Positions 48,098-58,808 of a stretch of 64,000 nucleotides of DNA are shown piece after piece (the stretch's first letter is position 1; each line of letters starts with the position of its first letter). The translations under genes and the position numbers were made by a program. Where the stretch lies: positions 32,001 through 96,000 of IMG/VR virus record IMGVR_UViG_3300035681_000001; one strand, given 5' to 3'. Below the pieces are notes generated by a model. That model saw only the letters and a list, made by a program, of their open reading frames with translations. It searched no databases and was not told the DNA's origin. The DNA is from a virus.

Positions 48098-48909
48098 ACC
48101 ACTACTAGTTTCAACACCAACTGATAGTAAAGTTTACCAGTCCCAGTATTAGTTACTATTTCTAGATCTAACCCAGTACCTGCAGCCAACGGGCCGGTTA
48201 GGTAACTACTAGGATAACTACTAAGCAGCGCCCCGCTGGATTGAGAATAGATCCTATTGGTTAGTACGTTACTAGTAGTGGGAGTAGTAGCTCCTACTAC
48301 GGTAGCCCCAGCCCGCAAGCGAACACTACTAGCAAAACCTACAGACTTCAAATAGAGGTCTTGTATCCAAGAACTATTAGGTAAAGACAAAACTACCGGG
48401 CAGATCACAGGTGCAGTAACGTCTAATACACCACTAAAAGAATAAGTAGAAACCCGAGCCCAATCAGCTGGTCTAACAAACCCTGCCAAACCAGCACCGT
48501 CAAGCTGCTGGAAGTCTTGTGTAGCTGCTGAGGTGTAGAACGTTACTAAATTACTGCCTGAACTGAGGTTAATACCATGTATGCAATATACGGTCGCACT
48601 AGTTTGTGGGTTCCTGACATAAAGCGTACCGTTAACCACAGTTTCAACAGCTGAAACCGTAAGCCTTAAGGTACTAGCAGCTATATAAGTAATAGTGGCC
48701 GGTACTACAGTAGCTAAGATTTCTTCAGCTGCATCGTTATATACGTAAACCGCATCTCCTATATTAACGTTGTAGCACCTAAAGTCAGGAGGAGTTACGC
48801 GATCGTGGGTGTGTACGTTGTACTTACCATAAGCTAGTGTAGGGTCTTCTGTTTGTAGCCCCCCAACACCGCCAACTCTAATTTGAGGATAAGCAGCGCT
48901 ATAGGTCAT
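48094..48909 (-). CDS. hypothetical structural protein
   Basis: 271-aa beta-rich ORF. Confidence 0.7.
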   Translation of the reverse strand: MTYSAAYPQIRVGGVGGLQTEDPTLAYGKYNVHTHDRVTPPDFRCYNVNIGDAVYVYNDAAEEILATVVPATITYIAASTLRLTVSAVETVVNGTLYVRNPQTSATVYCIHGINLSSGSNLVTFYTSAATQDFQQLDGAGLAGFVRPADWARVSTYSFSGVLDVTAPVICPVVLSLPNSSWIQDLYLKSVGFASSVRLRAGATVVGATTPTTSNVLTNRIYSQSSGALLSSYPSSYLTGPLAAGTGLDLEIVTNTGTGKLYYQLVLKLVVV

Positions 48910-51371
48910 TCGTCAACCTCTTTAGGAGCTGTTAGGTGGAGCTTAATACCAGCAGTTTGAGTCTGACTTATGGCTTGAATCAAACTACTGGTAGCCGGTA
49001 AGTCAAGACTAACATACCTAGTAGCTACATAATTAGCCAGAGGGTCTATAAATACCGGGCCGTCTACTACGTAAACCTCTGGGTTTCTCGGGTCATAATC
49101 TTTAGCTAAAACCCGAGGGCGGTCTCTTAAAGCTGCATTAGCAGGCAGCGGGATTTGATCAGAAGATTGTATTTGAATTCCTCCTAAGGGTAAGTGTTGG
49201 TAACGATAACCTACTGGAGGGCCAGGCTCTAAATCTAAATTAGTACTTACAGGTCTAGAATCCGAGCATAAAACCTCAGCGCCTATTAACGCTAAATCTC
49301 GATAGGGAAAACCAGCTACTGATCTAGGCTCTAGACCTAATTTGGTATTTATAGGTCTGGAATCAGAACACAAAAGTTTTGCAGAAAGCTTAAACCCTCT
49401 ACTAGGACGATACACCAAATTAAAATAGTCTTCAGCTGGAGTGTCAGGTTTAAAGGCTTGATTAGGCACAGTATAAGAATCGTAATTATCCCCTACAGCA
49501 CCTGGCAGACGAGCTGAGTAAGGTTTAGGTGTTGGGTTAGTATAAGTAGGTGTATAACCCCAAGCGTTCAGCAAAGTAGCTAAGTCTTTGGAGCCTAAGG
49601 TTGCTACTAGCAAACGTCTCAAAAAAATATCAGAAACTAAAGACCGCTGCGGTAACATCAAGGTAACCCAATCTCTCAAAGCACGTCCGGTAGCGGTAGT
49701 AGGAGCTAAGCTGGCTTGTTTGATCAAGTAACCCAAATACCAAGGGTAAGAAACTTCGGCCTCTGCTTTTAACAGAGCCCCTAAAACGCTTTGGGGGTCT
49801 TCATCAACTGAATACCCTGACCAGTTAGACCCATAAGGCCACAACCTACGTATTTCTTGAGCTGCATTTTCTACTAAAGTAGACGCAGCTTGCGACCTAT
49901 AATCAAAAGCTGTGCTCAACACAACAAAGTAAAGCACTGACCTAAGGTATAAAGCCGCTAAGCAGTCTAAAGAATAACTAGTCGCATTATTAGTTAATTC
50001 GGCACTTTCAGCTGCCAGGTTACTAACCCAACTAGGTGCTTGTGGTTGTGTCAAGTACAACCACATAACTAGGTAATCGGGCTTAGAACTCGTAAGACCA
50101 GTATGAGTATTAAAAGCTGCGCGGGTTGTTTCGTAACGATTAAAAGCTGAAGCAGCCGCAGTAGGTCGGAACTGTAAAAACCACCAAACCTGATAAGCAG
50201 CAGCGTTTAGTTGTGTGTACTTAATCCCAGCCTGAGGATCTGACCTAACTATTGTAGGATCTTGCGGGTCTGGTTGACCTACGTAATCACGACCTACAAA
50301 TCCAGAGTAGTCGGCAGACGTAACGTCTTTATTAGAATCCACCAGCACTTGGTGTAAACGAGAAGCACGTACGTGTATATCAAAATCGTAGTCTATGGAC
50401 AAATACTGGCTGAGAAATAGGTCTACTAAATAAGAACCTGCTAACGTAGGAGTCTCATAAGTAAAAAATCCGGCCTCACTACAATAAGCTGCGTATCCAC
50501 TAATAGGTGAAATCGAAAAACTACAAAACGTAGCTAAAGCCTTTACAGAAACTAAAAGCTCTTCTTGGAATTTATCTCTAGCACCATACAACGGTAAAGC
50601 ACCTACTGGATAGGTTTCTTGTAAAGCCTTAATAGCTAACACTAGAGCTAACCCCAGCAGCGCGTTAGGTGCTACTTCTTTAACTACATATTCACTAACA
50701 GGTGGATTCAAAGGAACTGGAAAGCGCTCAAAACCCCACGTAGGTTCAGTATTAACGTTTAGGGTATCAGTGCCCACAAACCAAGCTCTAGAACGAGCTT
50801 GGTATATGAATTCCTTGATAATAGATAACACTAAAGAAACTTCTTTAGCTGCTACGGCAGCCAGCAGTCCCCAAGCTACAGTCTCAGGAGGAGACTCCAA
50901 CATTGAACTACCTAGATAAGGACTTGGAAAAAAACCTCGCTCAACCCAGGGTAATAACAGTTTGTCTTCTACACCAGAAGTATCTACCGTCAGCACACCC
51001 TGCACAGACGGAAGTCTTTTGAGGTACAAACGATCACTTAGGTAGCTACCTAGTTGAGGAACCTCGATGTTGCTAGTACTACTAGGGTAAGTAATCTGTC
51101 TATATTGACGACCATCTAGCAAGGTAGTTACTTCATACGTATTTATAGGTACACTTGCACTCAACTTACGCCGCTGACTTAACTTACCTGCGCTAGAAAG
51201 TTTTAAAGCAGTGCGGTAATTATGATAAGTGGCAGTTACTACCGAGTCATTGGGGACTTTTACCGCCACTACGTTTGCTGGCCCAGTACCATGAGTAAAA
51301 TTAGGATCCAAAACAGATCCATTAAGGTCTAACCCCAAGGAGGTATAAAAAGGCAGCAAACTAAAGGTCAC
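48906..51371 (-). CDS. hypothetical baseplate-associated protein
   Basis: 821 aa, directly after baseplate J. Confidence 0.7.
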   Translation of the reverse strand: MTFSLLPFYTSLGLDLNGSVLDPNFTHGTGPANVVAVKVPNDSVVTATYHNYRTALKLSSAGKLSQRRKLSASVPINTYEVTTLLDGRQYRQITYPSSTSNIEVPQLGSYLSDRLYLKRLPSVQGVLTVDTSGVEDKLLLPWVERGFFPSPYLGSSMLESPPETVAWGLLAAVAAKEVSLVLSIIKEFIYQARSRAWFVGTDTLNVNTEPTWGFERFPVPLNPPVSEYVVKEVAPNALLGLALVLAIKALQETYPVGALPLYGARDKFQEELLVSVKALATFCSFSISPISGYAAYCSEAGFFTYETPTLAGSYLVDLFLSQYLSIDYDFDIHVRASRLHQVLVDSNKDVTSADYSGFVGRDYVGQPDPQDPTIVRSDPQAGIKYTQLNAAAYQVWWFLQFRPTAAASAFNRYETTRAAFNTHTGLTSSKPDYLVMWLYLTQPQAPSWVSNLAAESAELTNNATSYSLDCLAALYLRSVLYFVVLSTAFDYRSQAASTLVENAAQEIRRLWPYGSNWSGYSVDEDPQSVLGALLKAEAEVSYPWYLGYLIKQASLAPTTATGRALRDWVTLMLPQRSLVSDIFLRRLLVATLGSKDLATLLNAWGYTPTYTNPTPKPYSARLPGAVGDNYDSYTVPNQAFKPDTPAEDYFNLVYRPSRGFKLSAKLLCSDSRPINTKLGLEPRSVAGFPYRDLALIGAEVLCSDSRPVSTNLDLEPGPPVGYRYQHLPLGGIQIQSSDQIPLPANAALRDRPRVLAKDYDPRNPEVYVVDGPVFIDPLANYVATRYVSLDLPATSSLIQAISQTQTAGIKLHLTAPKEVDE

Positions 51372-52456
51372 TAGCTGTTCACCGGATAGGTTACTTTAAT
51401 ATCACCTGGGACTAATAATTCTCCTACACCAGCTGCTACTGAACTACCTACACCAGTAACCACTACAGACCTAACAAAAGGACGCACGGCGTTAACTATA
51501 GCTTCAGTGTAAAAGGTCTCCCCTACCGACAACGCTCCTATAATGGTACCTACCAGAGTGTTAATGTTTTCTGTTAAAACACTCAAGTCAGCGTTCAACC
51601 CCCTAAAGGGTTCTACTATTAAGGTCAGGTTCAAGCGGCGTTGTGTTACCTGACCTAAAATAGGTACTACTCCGGCGGCCACAAAAGGACTGATGTAAGT
51701 CTTGAGTTCTTGTAGCTGACTAGGAGTTAGTAAATCTAAAGAATCAACCCATAACTCCACATACCCTCCAGCTACCGTTTTTACAAAAGCTTTAGTAACC
51801 AACGGGTACTGCTGCAGTTTTAAGGTAAGCTCTTGTTTAGAGCCAGTATTAGTTGACGCTAAATATTGACCCACACGCTGTCGATAAGTACTGTCAGATT
51901 CTGTGTCTCGACCGCCGGTTAAGTCTCCTAGATAACCACTAAGGTGGGTACTACCTACCACAAACTGAATCTCGGGTCGCTCTAAACAAAACAGCTTAGT
52001 GCCTGCTGGAACATTGCTAGCCGAACCGGACAACAGAGCCTTAACCAGCAAACGGACTTCAGTGTTGCTGTATACAGTAGCATCAGAAACTACCACTACG
52101 TATTGGTTGCCGTTAGAAAAGTCAACCAACGTAGTCTTACCTGTTAAGGTATAACTAGTCAAATTAGACTCGGCACTGATTATAGCTAATACGTAACCTT
52201 GAGCGTAGGTTTCTTGCAACCGGCTAACACCAAAGGATTCACCTATAGCATCTAGCTGTGTACCTACTGCAGTAGTAAGTGAAGCGTTTAGTTGCTGTAG
52301 TTTTAAGTCTTGACTGACAGCTACAGCAGCTACACCACGAGCAAGGGTATACACCACTGAACCAGGGTCAGTATCTAACACTAAAGAGCTACCTGACTTA
52401 GCTACAGCAATCAGGTAGTCTTGTTGTATTTCTTCAGTGGTTCTTACTTCAGGCAT
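51371..52456 (-). CDS. baseplate J-like wedge protein
   Basis: GTQLDAIGE.FGV.R...A.G, GSASNVPAG, GGRDTESDSTYRQR. Confidence 0.9.
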   Translation of the reverse strand: MPEVRTTEEIQQDYLIAVAKSGSSLVLDTDPGSVVYTLARGVAAVAVSQDLKLQQLNASLTTAVGTQLDAIGESFGVSRLQETYAQGYVLAIISAESNLTSYTLTGKTTLVDFSNGNQYVVVVSDATVYSNTEVRLLVKALLSGSASNVPAGTKLFCLERPEIQFVVGSTHLSGYLGDLTGGRDTESDSTYRQRVGQYLASTNTGSKQELTLKLQQYPLVTKAFVKTVAGGYVELWVDSLDLLTPSQLQELKTYISPFVAAGVVPILGQVTQRRLNLTLIVEPFRGLNADLSVLTENINTLVGTIIGALSVGETFYTEAIVNAVRPFVRSVVVTGVGSSVAAGVGELLVPGDIKVTYPVNS

Positions 52457-52836
52457 TAGGTAGCTACCATATTAACAGTGTTATCTAACAAATCTAAATA
52501 GGTCAAATCTACAGCTACTGAACTAGACCCTAGTGTTTTGTTAACAGACAATACTTCTATTGTAGGGTCTGCTGCCAAAGACTCTGAAACAACTTCTTCT
52601 AAAATAGACAGATCAACTTCAGTAGCCGGCAAAGAAACTAGTTCTGGTAGCTTGCTGAAATAATTAGTATCCAAGTCAACCCAACCGGCAGCTTCCTTAA
52701 CAGCTCTGGTATAACCACCTACAGGTGTAGTCAAGCGGCGCTTGATAGCTGGCGCACGATTACTTTCAACAGCTAACTTTCCACTAGCAGTCAGCTGCAG
52801 ATCCCCTGAAGGTTTAATAACTAGGTCTACCTTCAC
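52456..52836 (-). CDS. gp25/GPW-like baseplate protein
   Basis: GDLQL...AIKRRLTTPVG..., SLAADPTIEV; located next to J. Confidence 0.7.
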   Translation of the reverse strand: MKVDLVIKPSGDLQLTASGKLAVESNRAPAIKRRLTTPVGGYTRAVKEAAGWVDLDTNYFSKLPELVSLPATEVDLSILEEVVSESLAADPTIEVLSVNKTLGSSSVAVDLTYLDLLDNTVNMVAT

Positions 52837-53474
52837 TGCAAGCTAAGAGGAGTAGTACTGTCATTGTAGTTTCCATAACTGAGCAAGGCCAACCCCGGAC
52901 TACCTACAGTCCAAATAACCTCCGCACTACCTAAAGGCTGGGGTCCTTTAAAAGCCTGAACACAAAATAAGTATTCACCTGCCGGCCACAAACCAAAACC
53001 GGTTAAGGAACATTCTGTAGAACTAGCAGTTCCTACAGCTATAAACTCAGAGTCCTTAAAAAGTGACCAGCCTAAAGAAACACCTACGTAAGACTCTGGG
53101 ATGGACAACCTAACCTGCAAACTCCCACCAGCCAAGTTGGTCAGCGGTTCAGGTATAGGTAGATTAGGTACTAGCAACTTAGTACCGTATTTAACCGTTG
53201 CCGGCAAAGACAACACCACTTCAGCAGTACCTGCTAATGATTCAACCACTAGCCCACGTAGGTCCTGCCCAAACAGCAAGATATTACCTGGCACTAATTG
53301 GTTATCAGAATCCCTAACCACCACTTTTCTTGCTGTTTGTTCTAAGACTACAAAAACATTAGGGCGGATCTCGGGAGAGTAGTTGCTAGTAGCGGGTAAA
53401 TTAATGTCCATTAAATTAAAAAAGAACGGCTTAAGCGTAAAACTCACCTTAAAGGTCCCACTAACGAGCGTCAC
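52833..53474 (-). CDS. hypothetical protein
   Basis: 213-aa ORF. Confidence 0.65.
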   Translation of the reverse strand: MTLVSGTFKVSFTLKPFFFNLMDINLPATSNYSPEIRPNVFVVLEQTARKVVVRDSDNQLVPGNILLFGQDLRGLVVESLAGTAEVVLSLPATVKYGTKLLVPNLPIPEPLTNLAGGSLQVRLSIPESYVGVSLGWSLFKDSEFIAVGTASSTECSLTGFGLWPAGEYLFCVQAFKGPQPLGSAEVIWTVGSPGLALLSYGNYNDSTTPLSLQ

Positions 53475-54993
53475 CTAAGGCAGTCTTTTCAGCACGAGCT
53501 GACTTACCTTCAGGTTGCTGCAAGTAAGTAGGAGGAGTCTCTACATTAGAGTAAGGTTTTGTAGGTAAAGCAACAGGAGGTGGTGGAAGCCCACCTTCTT
53601 CACCTTCTTCACTTAAATCACCTTCTTCACTTAAATCAGCAGTTGAATCAGCTGCAGTAGTTGAATCAGCTGCAGCACTACCAAAGTCTCCAACAGCTGA
53701 TTCTACAAAAGGAGCCCCTGTAGCAATATAGTTATCTGCAGCAGTAGCTAACGCCTCTTCACCAGCTGGGGATTGTACTGAAACTACCGTATTTTGTGGC
53801 GTACTAGTAACACCTGCATAACTAGCCCAACTAGAAACTGCTGCAGCAGTTGGCCCTAAAGAACTTTTTTGTAGCATTTGAGTTACGACAGCTCTTCCTG
53901 GTCCGTCTAAAGTCTCACCTACAAAATCAGCTAATTTAGTAGGCAGAACGTCACCTAGTAAGTCTTTAACCTGACCTAAACCTAAATCAACAACAGCACC
54001 AAAAGGATCTGCAGCAAACTCAGCTACATCTTCTAGTACTTTAAGTGAATTTCCCACACCGGGCAAAGAACCAGCTATTCCTACCGTAGACACCAAAGCC
54101 CCAATAACATTTCCGTCTTTTATCTGAGTAGCTAAAGTAGCAATAGTAGCTGCGTTAGCTAATACGTCAGTAATGCCTAAAGAAGAAAGCTTGTCTAAAG
54201 CATCTAAATTCAAAGGACTGCGAGCTGCCACACCCGCAGCTCCCATATTGATGTGTACTAAGCTGCCATCTAAAGAAAGTATTCCTAGTGCAGAAACTTT
54301 AGCTATTCCCAGCGAACTTATGTTAGTAACAGCACCTGAAAGGCTCAAAGCACCGGTAGCAGACACCTGCCCCACTGCCCCAGCAGACACAGAAAAGTTT
54401 TTCTGAGCAGACATTTTTACAGCATCACCCGTAAAAACCACATCTTTAGTAGCTCGACCTACTAAGTAACCCTCAGCTTGCATATTAATAGACTCTTCTG
54501 CTTTAAGGTCATACCTACCGGCAACACCTTCTAGATCACCTGCTTCAAAAACAGATTTGGTAACTTGCAGCTTTTGGTAACCAGTAGCCTGAACAGCAGC
54601 AGCAGACTGCCTAAAATAATCTTTAGCATAGCAATAATCTTGACCTAACACAGCTCGGTGGTGTGATCCAGACTGTAAAGAAATCAGTTTACTAGCTTGT
54701 ACCCAAAAATGCTCCGTAATATTGGTACACGTAGTTAGCACTTGTTTTAATGATTTACCTTGAAAACTAATCACAGCCGAATTAACAGACAACACCGGTG
54801 TGCGGATGTCAAATTGGCTAGTAATATCAAACCTAGCTAAAGGTTGTAAAACAAACCCAATAGCAGTCGTGTTTTGGTGACTAATTCCAGTACCATAATC
54901 TTTAGCTAACACGCCAGCAGCTTTAGCCAGATCAGCTTTAAGCTCTTGCATCAAGTCAGAATAAGTGTTGAGATCTTCTTTAAGGGTGCTCAT
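53461..54993 (-). CDS. central spike-like protein (gp5/VgrG beta-helix) with C-terminal extension
   Basis: ~8-residue beta-strand repeats ending LDGSLVHIN, followed by ~260 further residues. Confidence 0.55.
   Translation of the reverse strand: MSTLKEDLNTYSDLMQELKADLAKAAGVLAKDYGTGISHQNTTAIGFVLQPLARFDITSQFDIRTPVLSVNSAVISFQGKSLKQVLTTCTNITEHFWVQASKLISLQSGSHHRAVLGQDYCYAKDYFRQSAAAVQATGYQKLQVTKSVFEAGDLEGVAGRYDLKAEESINMQAEGYLVGRATKDVVFTGDAVKMSAQKNFSVSAGAVGQVSATGALSLSGAVTNISSLGIAKVSALGILSLDGSLVHINMGAAGVAARSPLNLDALDKLSSLGITDVLANAATIATLATQIKDGNVIGALVSTVGIAGSLPGVGNSLKVLEDVAEFAADPFGAVVDLGLGQVKDLLGDVLPTKLADFVGETLDGPGRAVVTQMLQKSSLGPTAAAVSSWASYAGVTSTPQNTVVSVQSPAGEEALATAADNYIATGAPFVESAVGDFGSAAADSTTAADSTADLSEEGDLSEEGEEGGLPPPPVALPTKPYSNVETPPTYLQQPEGKSARAEKTALGDAR
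53592..53676. repeat. two adjacent 18-bp tandem duplications (AADSTT/AADSTA and DLSEEG x2)
   Basis: TCACCTTCTTCACTTAAA x2 and AGTTGAATCAGCTGCAG(T/C) x2. Confidence 0.9.
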
Positions 54994-56912
54994 GCTATAC
55001 CTTCACTAGTAGGTACTAACGGGCCGCCTGACAAAGTATTGTCTGCAGCAGTAGTATCAACACCATCTTTGCTGGCCGTAGTCGGTTGGTCAGCAGTAGT
55101 TTCAGCAGCGGGTTTACTAGGCAGCCAGTCTAAAACAGACTTAATAGCACTGCTTAAGTGCACGGAATCCAACAGACTAACTAAGCCTAAAGTCCGAGCA
55201 CTACTTTCTTGGCGGTAACCATATATGTCATCACGCATAGCCCGCAGTTGCATCTGGTAGTCTTGTAAACCAGGTTCAGGTAAGCCGTTAGCTAAATACA
55301 AATCGTTGTTAGATCCCCTGGGGTTAGTAGTACTTTGCAGACCAAACAACAAGTCATACGTACTCAACACATCCTGAAAACCCGTTTCTATAGTAGTAGT
55401 ACTAGTATCTGCTGGTTGAGGGAAAACAGGAACCACATTACTGTAAGACTGCTCGGTTGAGTAACTCTCAGTAGCTAAGTAAGTATCTAAATCCACTGCA
55501 GTACCTTGAGGGTCAGTAGCTACAAAAGCAACCGGGTTACTAGAACTTAACGTAACGCTGTAACTACCAACACCTCCAGTAGGAGTTAAGGTACCGGTGG
55601 CATCCGGGCCGTACAACGGAAAAACCTTACCTTCTACAGGGTTACCTAAAACATCAGTAACCTGCAAGTTAATCCGATTACCAAATTGTTTGTCTGCTTT
55701 TAATAGACGAGTAGTACCTTTAGGAGGTTGTTGTTGTAAGGATAAAAACTGCGGATCTGCAGTTTCAGCAATTTCTGTCAAACGCAGGTCCTCAGCTTGA
55801 TACCACCCGACAACATTTATACGTGTGTTGCCAGTAGCTAGAATAGAATCTCTATCAGAACCAGACAGCCAATACAACGCTAGCTGCTTTGCATTTCGTG
55901 CACTTTGAGAAGCTGTAAGTATAGAATCCCAAGTTGACTGTATGGAGTAAGCGTCATAGCTAAGAGCTAAGCTACAAGCTAGTTGGTACTTTAAATCAAA
56001 ATAAGCTGTAGAAGCATAAAAAGTATCCAACGGTAAGCGTAACACCGTTTCAGGTTGTGCATTCAAGAGTTCGACCGCTTTTAGGTAACCTTCTACAGCT
56101 GAAGCCTGTAAAATTAACAATCCACCGCTGGGTTTAGCCAAGCTCAAGCAGTTACTTAAAGCTCTAGTAATAGACTCCCTATGAGCCTCAGTTAACAAAG
56201 GAAAGCACAAGTAAAAAACAGAATCCTCATATTCACCTAAAAAGACCCTCAATGCCAGCTGATTAGTCTCTAGTGGTAGTTGCTGTCTACGTAACTGGTA
56301 GAGCTGTGTTAACGCTGCTCCACTAGTGGCTTGATTTATGGTAGTTAAAGTTGCAGGGATAACCGCTAAACCCGAAAGGTCTAACGCTGAATAAAGCTGA
56401 GTCAGCCGATCAGTAGCATTACCTACAAAGCCCAAGTCCTGCCAAACTACACCTACCAAAGAACTCAGTAGCTCAGTAGGCGTAACATTAGGGTTTAGTT
56501 GAGTTGCATAATAACCTAATGAACCCAGCACGTCAGCATACTTATAGTCTGGAGGGTGCTGAGGGTTAGGGCTACGGTAGGGCCAAATATCATCATAAGA
56601 ATAAGCAGCCCATGCTTTAGTAGAGTGCCTAGTAAGGGTACTCTTAGCAGCATCACGATACTGACAATTAACTAAACACTCAAACAACCCCTTACCTAGC
56701 AAATAATCTCGATAGTGTAAAACTGTAGGGTTAGCAGCTTTAGACCAGCTAGCTAAATACTGGCTAGCTAGACGAAATAAAGCAGAACGCCCCTTCAATA
56801 AAGCCAGCAAATACTCTCGGTTAGACTCCCACCTAGAATTCACCTCAAATCCAAGCTTGAGGTTACCTGAAGCAAAAGGAAACTCAGCTAGAGGCTTGGA
56901 TCTGAGAGACAT
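54990..56912 (-). CDS. hypothetical protein
   Basis: 640-aa ORF in the baseplate cluster. Confidence 0.75.
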   Translation of the reverse strand: MSLRSKPLAEFPFASGNLKLGFEVNSRWESNREYLLALLKGRSALFRLASQYLASWSKAANPTVLHYRDYLLGKGLFECLVNCQYRDAAKSTLTRHSTKAWAAYSYDDIWPYRSPNPQHPPDYKYADVLGSLGYYATQLNPNVTPTELLSSLVGVVWQDLGFVGNATDRLTQLYSALDLSGLAVIPATLTTINQATSGAALTQLYQLRRQQLPLETNQLALRVFLGEYEDSVFYLCFPLLTEAHRESITRALSNCLSLAKPSGGLLILQASAVEGYLKAVELLNAQPETVLRLPLDTFYASTAYFDLKYQLACSLALSYDAYSIQSTWDSILTASQSARNAKQLALYWLSGSDRDSILATGNTRINVVGWYQAEDLRLTEIAETADPQFLSLQQQPPKGTTRLLKADKQFGNRINLQVTDVLGNPVEGKVFPLYGPDATGTLTPTGGVGSYSVTLSSSNPVAFVATDPQGTAVDLDTYLATESYSTEQSYSNVVPVFPQPADTSTTTIETGFQDVLSTYDLLFGLQSTTNPRGSNNDLYLANGLPEPGLQDYQMQLRAMRDDIYGYRQESSARTLGLVSLLDSVHLSSAIKSVLDWLPSKPAAETTADQPTTASKDGVDTTAADNTLSGGPLVPTSEGIA

Positions 56913-57471
56913 AAGGAAAATAAAACTGCTGGGTTGGTAAATGACCTAAAGCTACTGGAGCATATGCCTGACCTAACAAACCAGCTAAAGAGGCAGTAGC
57001 AGAACCTAAATCTAGTATAGTGGTGTGTGTAATCCTTTGAACAGAAACTGTCAAGAAAGACAGCAAGTCTCCTGTGAGCAAACTCAAAAGCTCTGTCTTG
57101 AGAATAGGTTGTTGCTCACTAAACCAACGGACTAGATAAATAGGATCAAGCTGCTGGCTAGCATCAAACTCCGCATAACCTAGATACTCAGTTACTGCAG
57201 TAAGATCTTCACGTTGCCCTGACCATAATTCTCGCAAAGGCTCTTCAAGCTGAGCTAGACCGGGGTCTACTAAAGCTACTAGTTTTACCAAACCATAAAC
57301 ACTGTGGTTTACCCACTGCTCTAAAGCTACTACCCACTCATCTGCTTTAAGTAAACCATAACTAGTTAAAAGGCTTTCTAGTGCTAGCTGCGGGTTTCCA
57401 TTAAAGTCACCCTGACCAGGAAAAACATAGTAAAACGGAGTAGTAACACGACTAGACAAAGAAATATTCAT
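56884..57471 (-). CDS. hypothetical protein
   Basis: 195-aa ORF. Confidence 0.7.
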   Translation of the reverse strand: MNISLSSRVTTPFYYVFPGQGDFNGNPQLALESLLTSYGLLKADEWVVALEQWVNHSVYGLVKLVALVDPGLAQLEEPLRELWSGQREDLTAVTEYLGYAEFDASQQLDPIYLVRWFSEQQPILKTELLSLLTGDLLSFLTVSVQRITHTTILDLGSATASLAGLLGQAYAPVALGHLPTQQFYFPYVSQIQASS

Positions 57472-58808
57472 CAGGCCACACCTGCATCTAACCTAGGAAA
57501 TAGTTCAGGATGCACAGGAGGTAATTCTTTAGTATCTACATAAGGAGGCAATACTTGAGGAGTAGCAGGTGTGTACTTACGAGTACAAGCTTCTAGTAAA
57601 GCTGCACGACTGGTCTTTTTAGCTCCTTTAGGAGCAGTACCTAAAATCTGTTTAAGCAAACGACTAAACAAGTTCAAAGGGTCCACAGCATTCCACAATA
57701 GTAACCCTAAAGAATCCTTAGGAGCTAAAGCACTTAAATACTGACCACCTAGCCCTAATAAGGTGCTTTCAGCCGCACTAGCTGACAACGCCACTTTACC
57801 AGTTTTAGGGTCATAACTAACAGGCCCTAAACTCAAACCTGATTGATCATTACGCAGTTGTAAAAAGTCAGGAAGCTGGGCATTGGCAGTACTCAAACCA
57901 TAATCAAAAGCTTGAGCCGCCAAAGAGTTACCTACTACTTTTAGTTTCCCTACATCGAAAAAACTAGTACCTTTTTCTACGTAAATCTTACCTGTACTGT
58001 CTGTACGTACATACATACCAGGACCTAAAGCCTGCTTGTCTAAAGGTTTTATAGTACCATCTTCAGCTTTAGCTAAGTCTTTAAAAGAAACGGTTAGTCC
58101 ACCAACCCACAAGCCCTCAACACTAGACCTAACTTGTGCAAACCCAGGTTGGGTTTGATTTAAGCCCGACAACCCTGAGTCCACTAAGGTACTAAAAACC
58201 TGACTGCCTACATAAACTTCTGACTTGGAAGGATTATAACTAACACCACCTACGCCTATACTTTCAATACCCTTGCCGTCTGCAGTGCGAGAAACATTCA
58301 GCTGAGCATAACCAGGTAAGTATTTATTAATCTCACCTAAAGCTAGATCTAAACCTCTAGACAACAACGTGCCCAACAAGTCAAAGTTTTTCTTACTAGT
58401 CCCTTTTATAGCCTCTAGGTTTTGCTTAACACAAATATTTATCTGAGAGTTTCGGGCCATTTCGGCCTCAGCTGCCCACCATTCATCTTCAGCTCGCTTT
58501 AGTACTGCTTGTTGGAATTCTTTATTTTTAGGTAAAGTTTGCTCACCCCACAAACAGAATTGCGGAGGCTCTGGTCTAGGTACAGTAGGGTTTGAATCTG
58601 AAGGTATAGGTGCTACTAAGTCTTTAGACTGCTGAAGCAGTAAAGAAAACTTACGGCGGGTTTCTTGAGCTTCTGCTGAGAGCCCATTAGCGTTAGCTTT
58701 AGCAGTACGTTGTGTTATTGATCCATTAGTAACTACTTTGCAATCAACTTTTTCTACTACCGTCCCTAATGGAGTAACAAAAGTATGAGCACCAGCGTGT
58801 CTACTCAT
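57471..58808 (-). CDS. hypothetical protein with imperfect internal repeats
   Basis: N..LP.(Y/F).Q...G...G(G/P)(V/L)(S/T) unit occurs three times. Confidence 0.75.
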   Translation of the reverse strand: MSRHAGAHTFVTPLGTVVEKVDCKVVTNGSITQRTAKANANGLSAEAQETRRKFSLLLQQSKDLVAPIPSDSNPTVPRPEPPQFCLWGEQTLPKNKEFQQAVLKRAEDEWWAAEAEMARNSQINICVKQNLEAIKGTSKKNFDLLGTLLSRGLDLALGEINKYLPGYAQLNVSRTADGKGIESIGVGGVSYNPSKSEVYVGSQVFSTLVDSGLSGLNQTQPGFAQVRSSVEGLWVGGLTVSFKDLAKAEDGTIKPLDKQALGPGMYVRTDSTGKIYVEKGTSFFDVGKLKVVGNSLAAQAFDYGLSTANAQLPDFLQLRNDQSGLSLGPVSYDPKTGKVALSASAAESTLLGLGGQYLSALAPKDSLGLLLWNAVDPLNLFSRLLKQILGTAPKGAKKTSRAALLEACTRKYTPATPQVLPPYVDTKELPPVHPELFPRLDAGVA

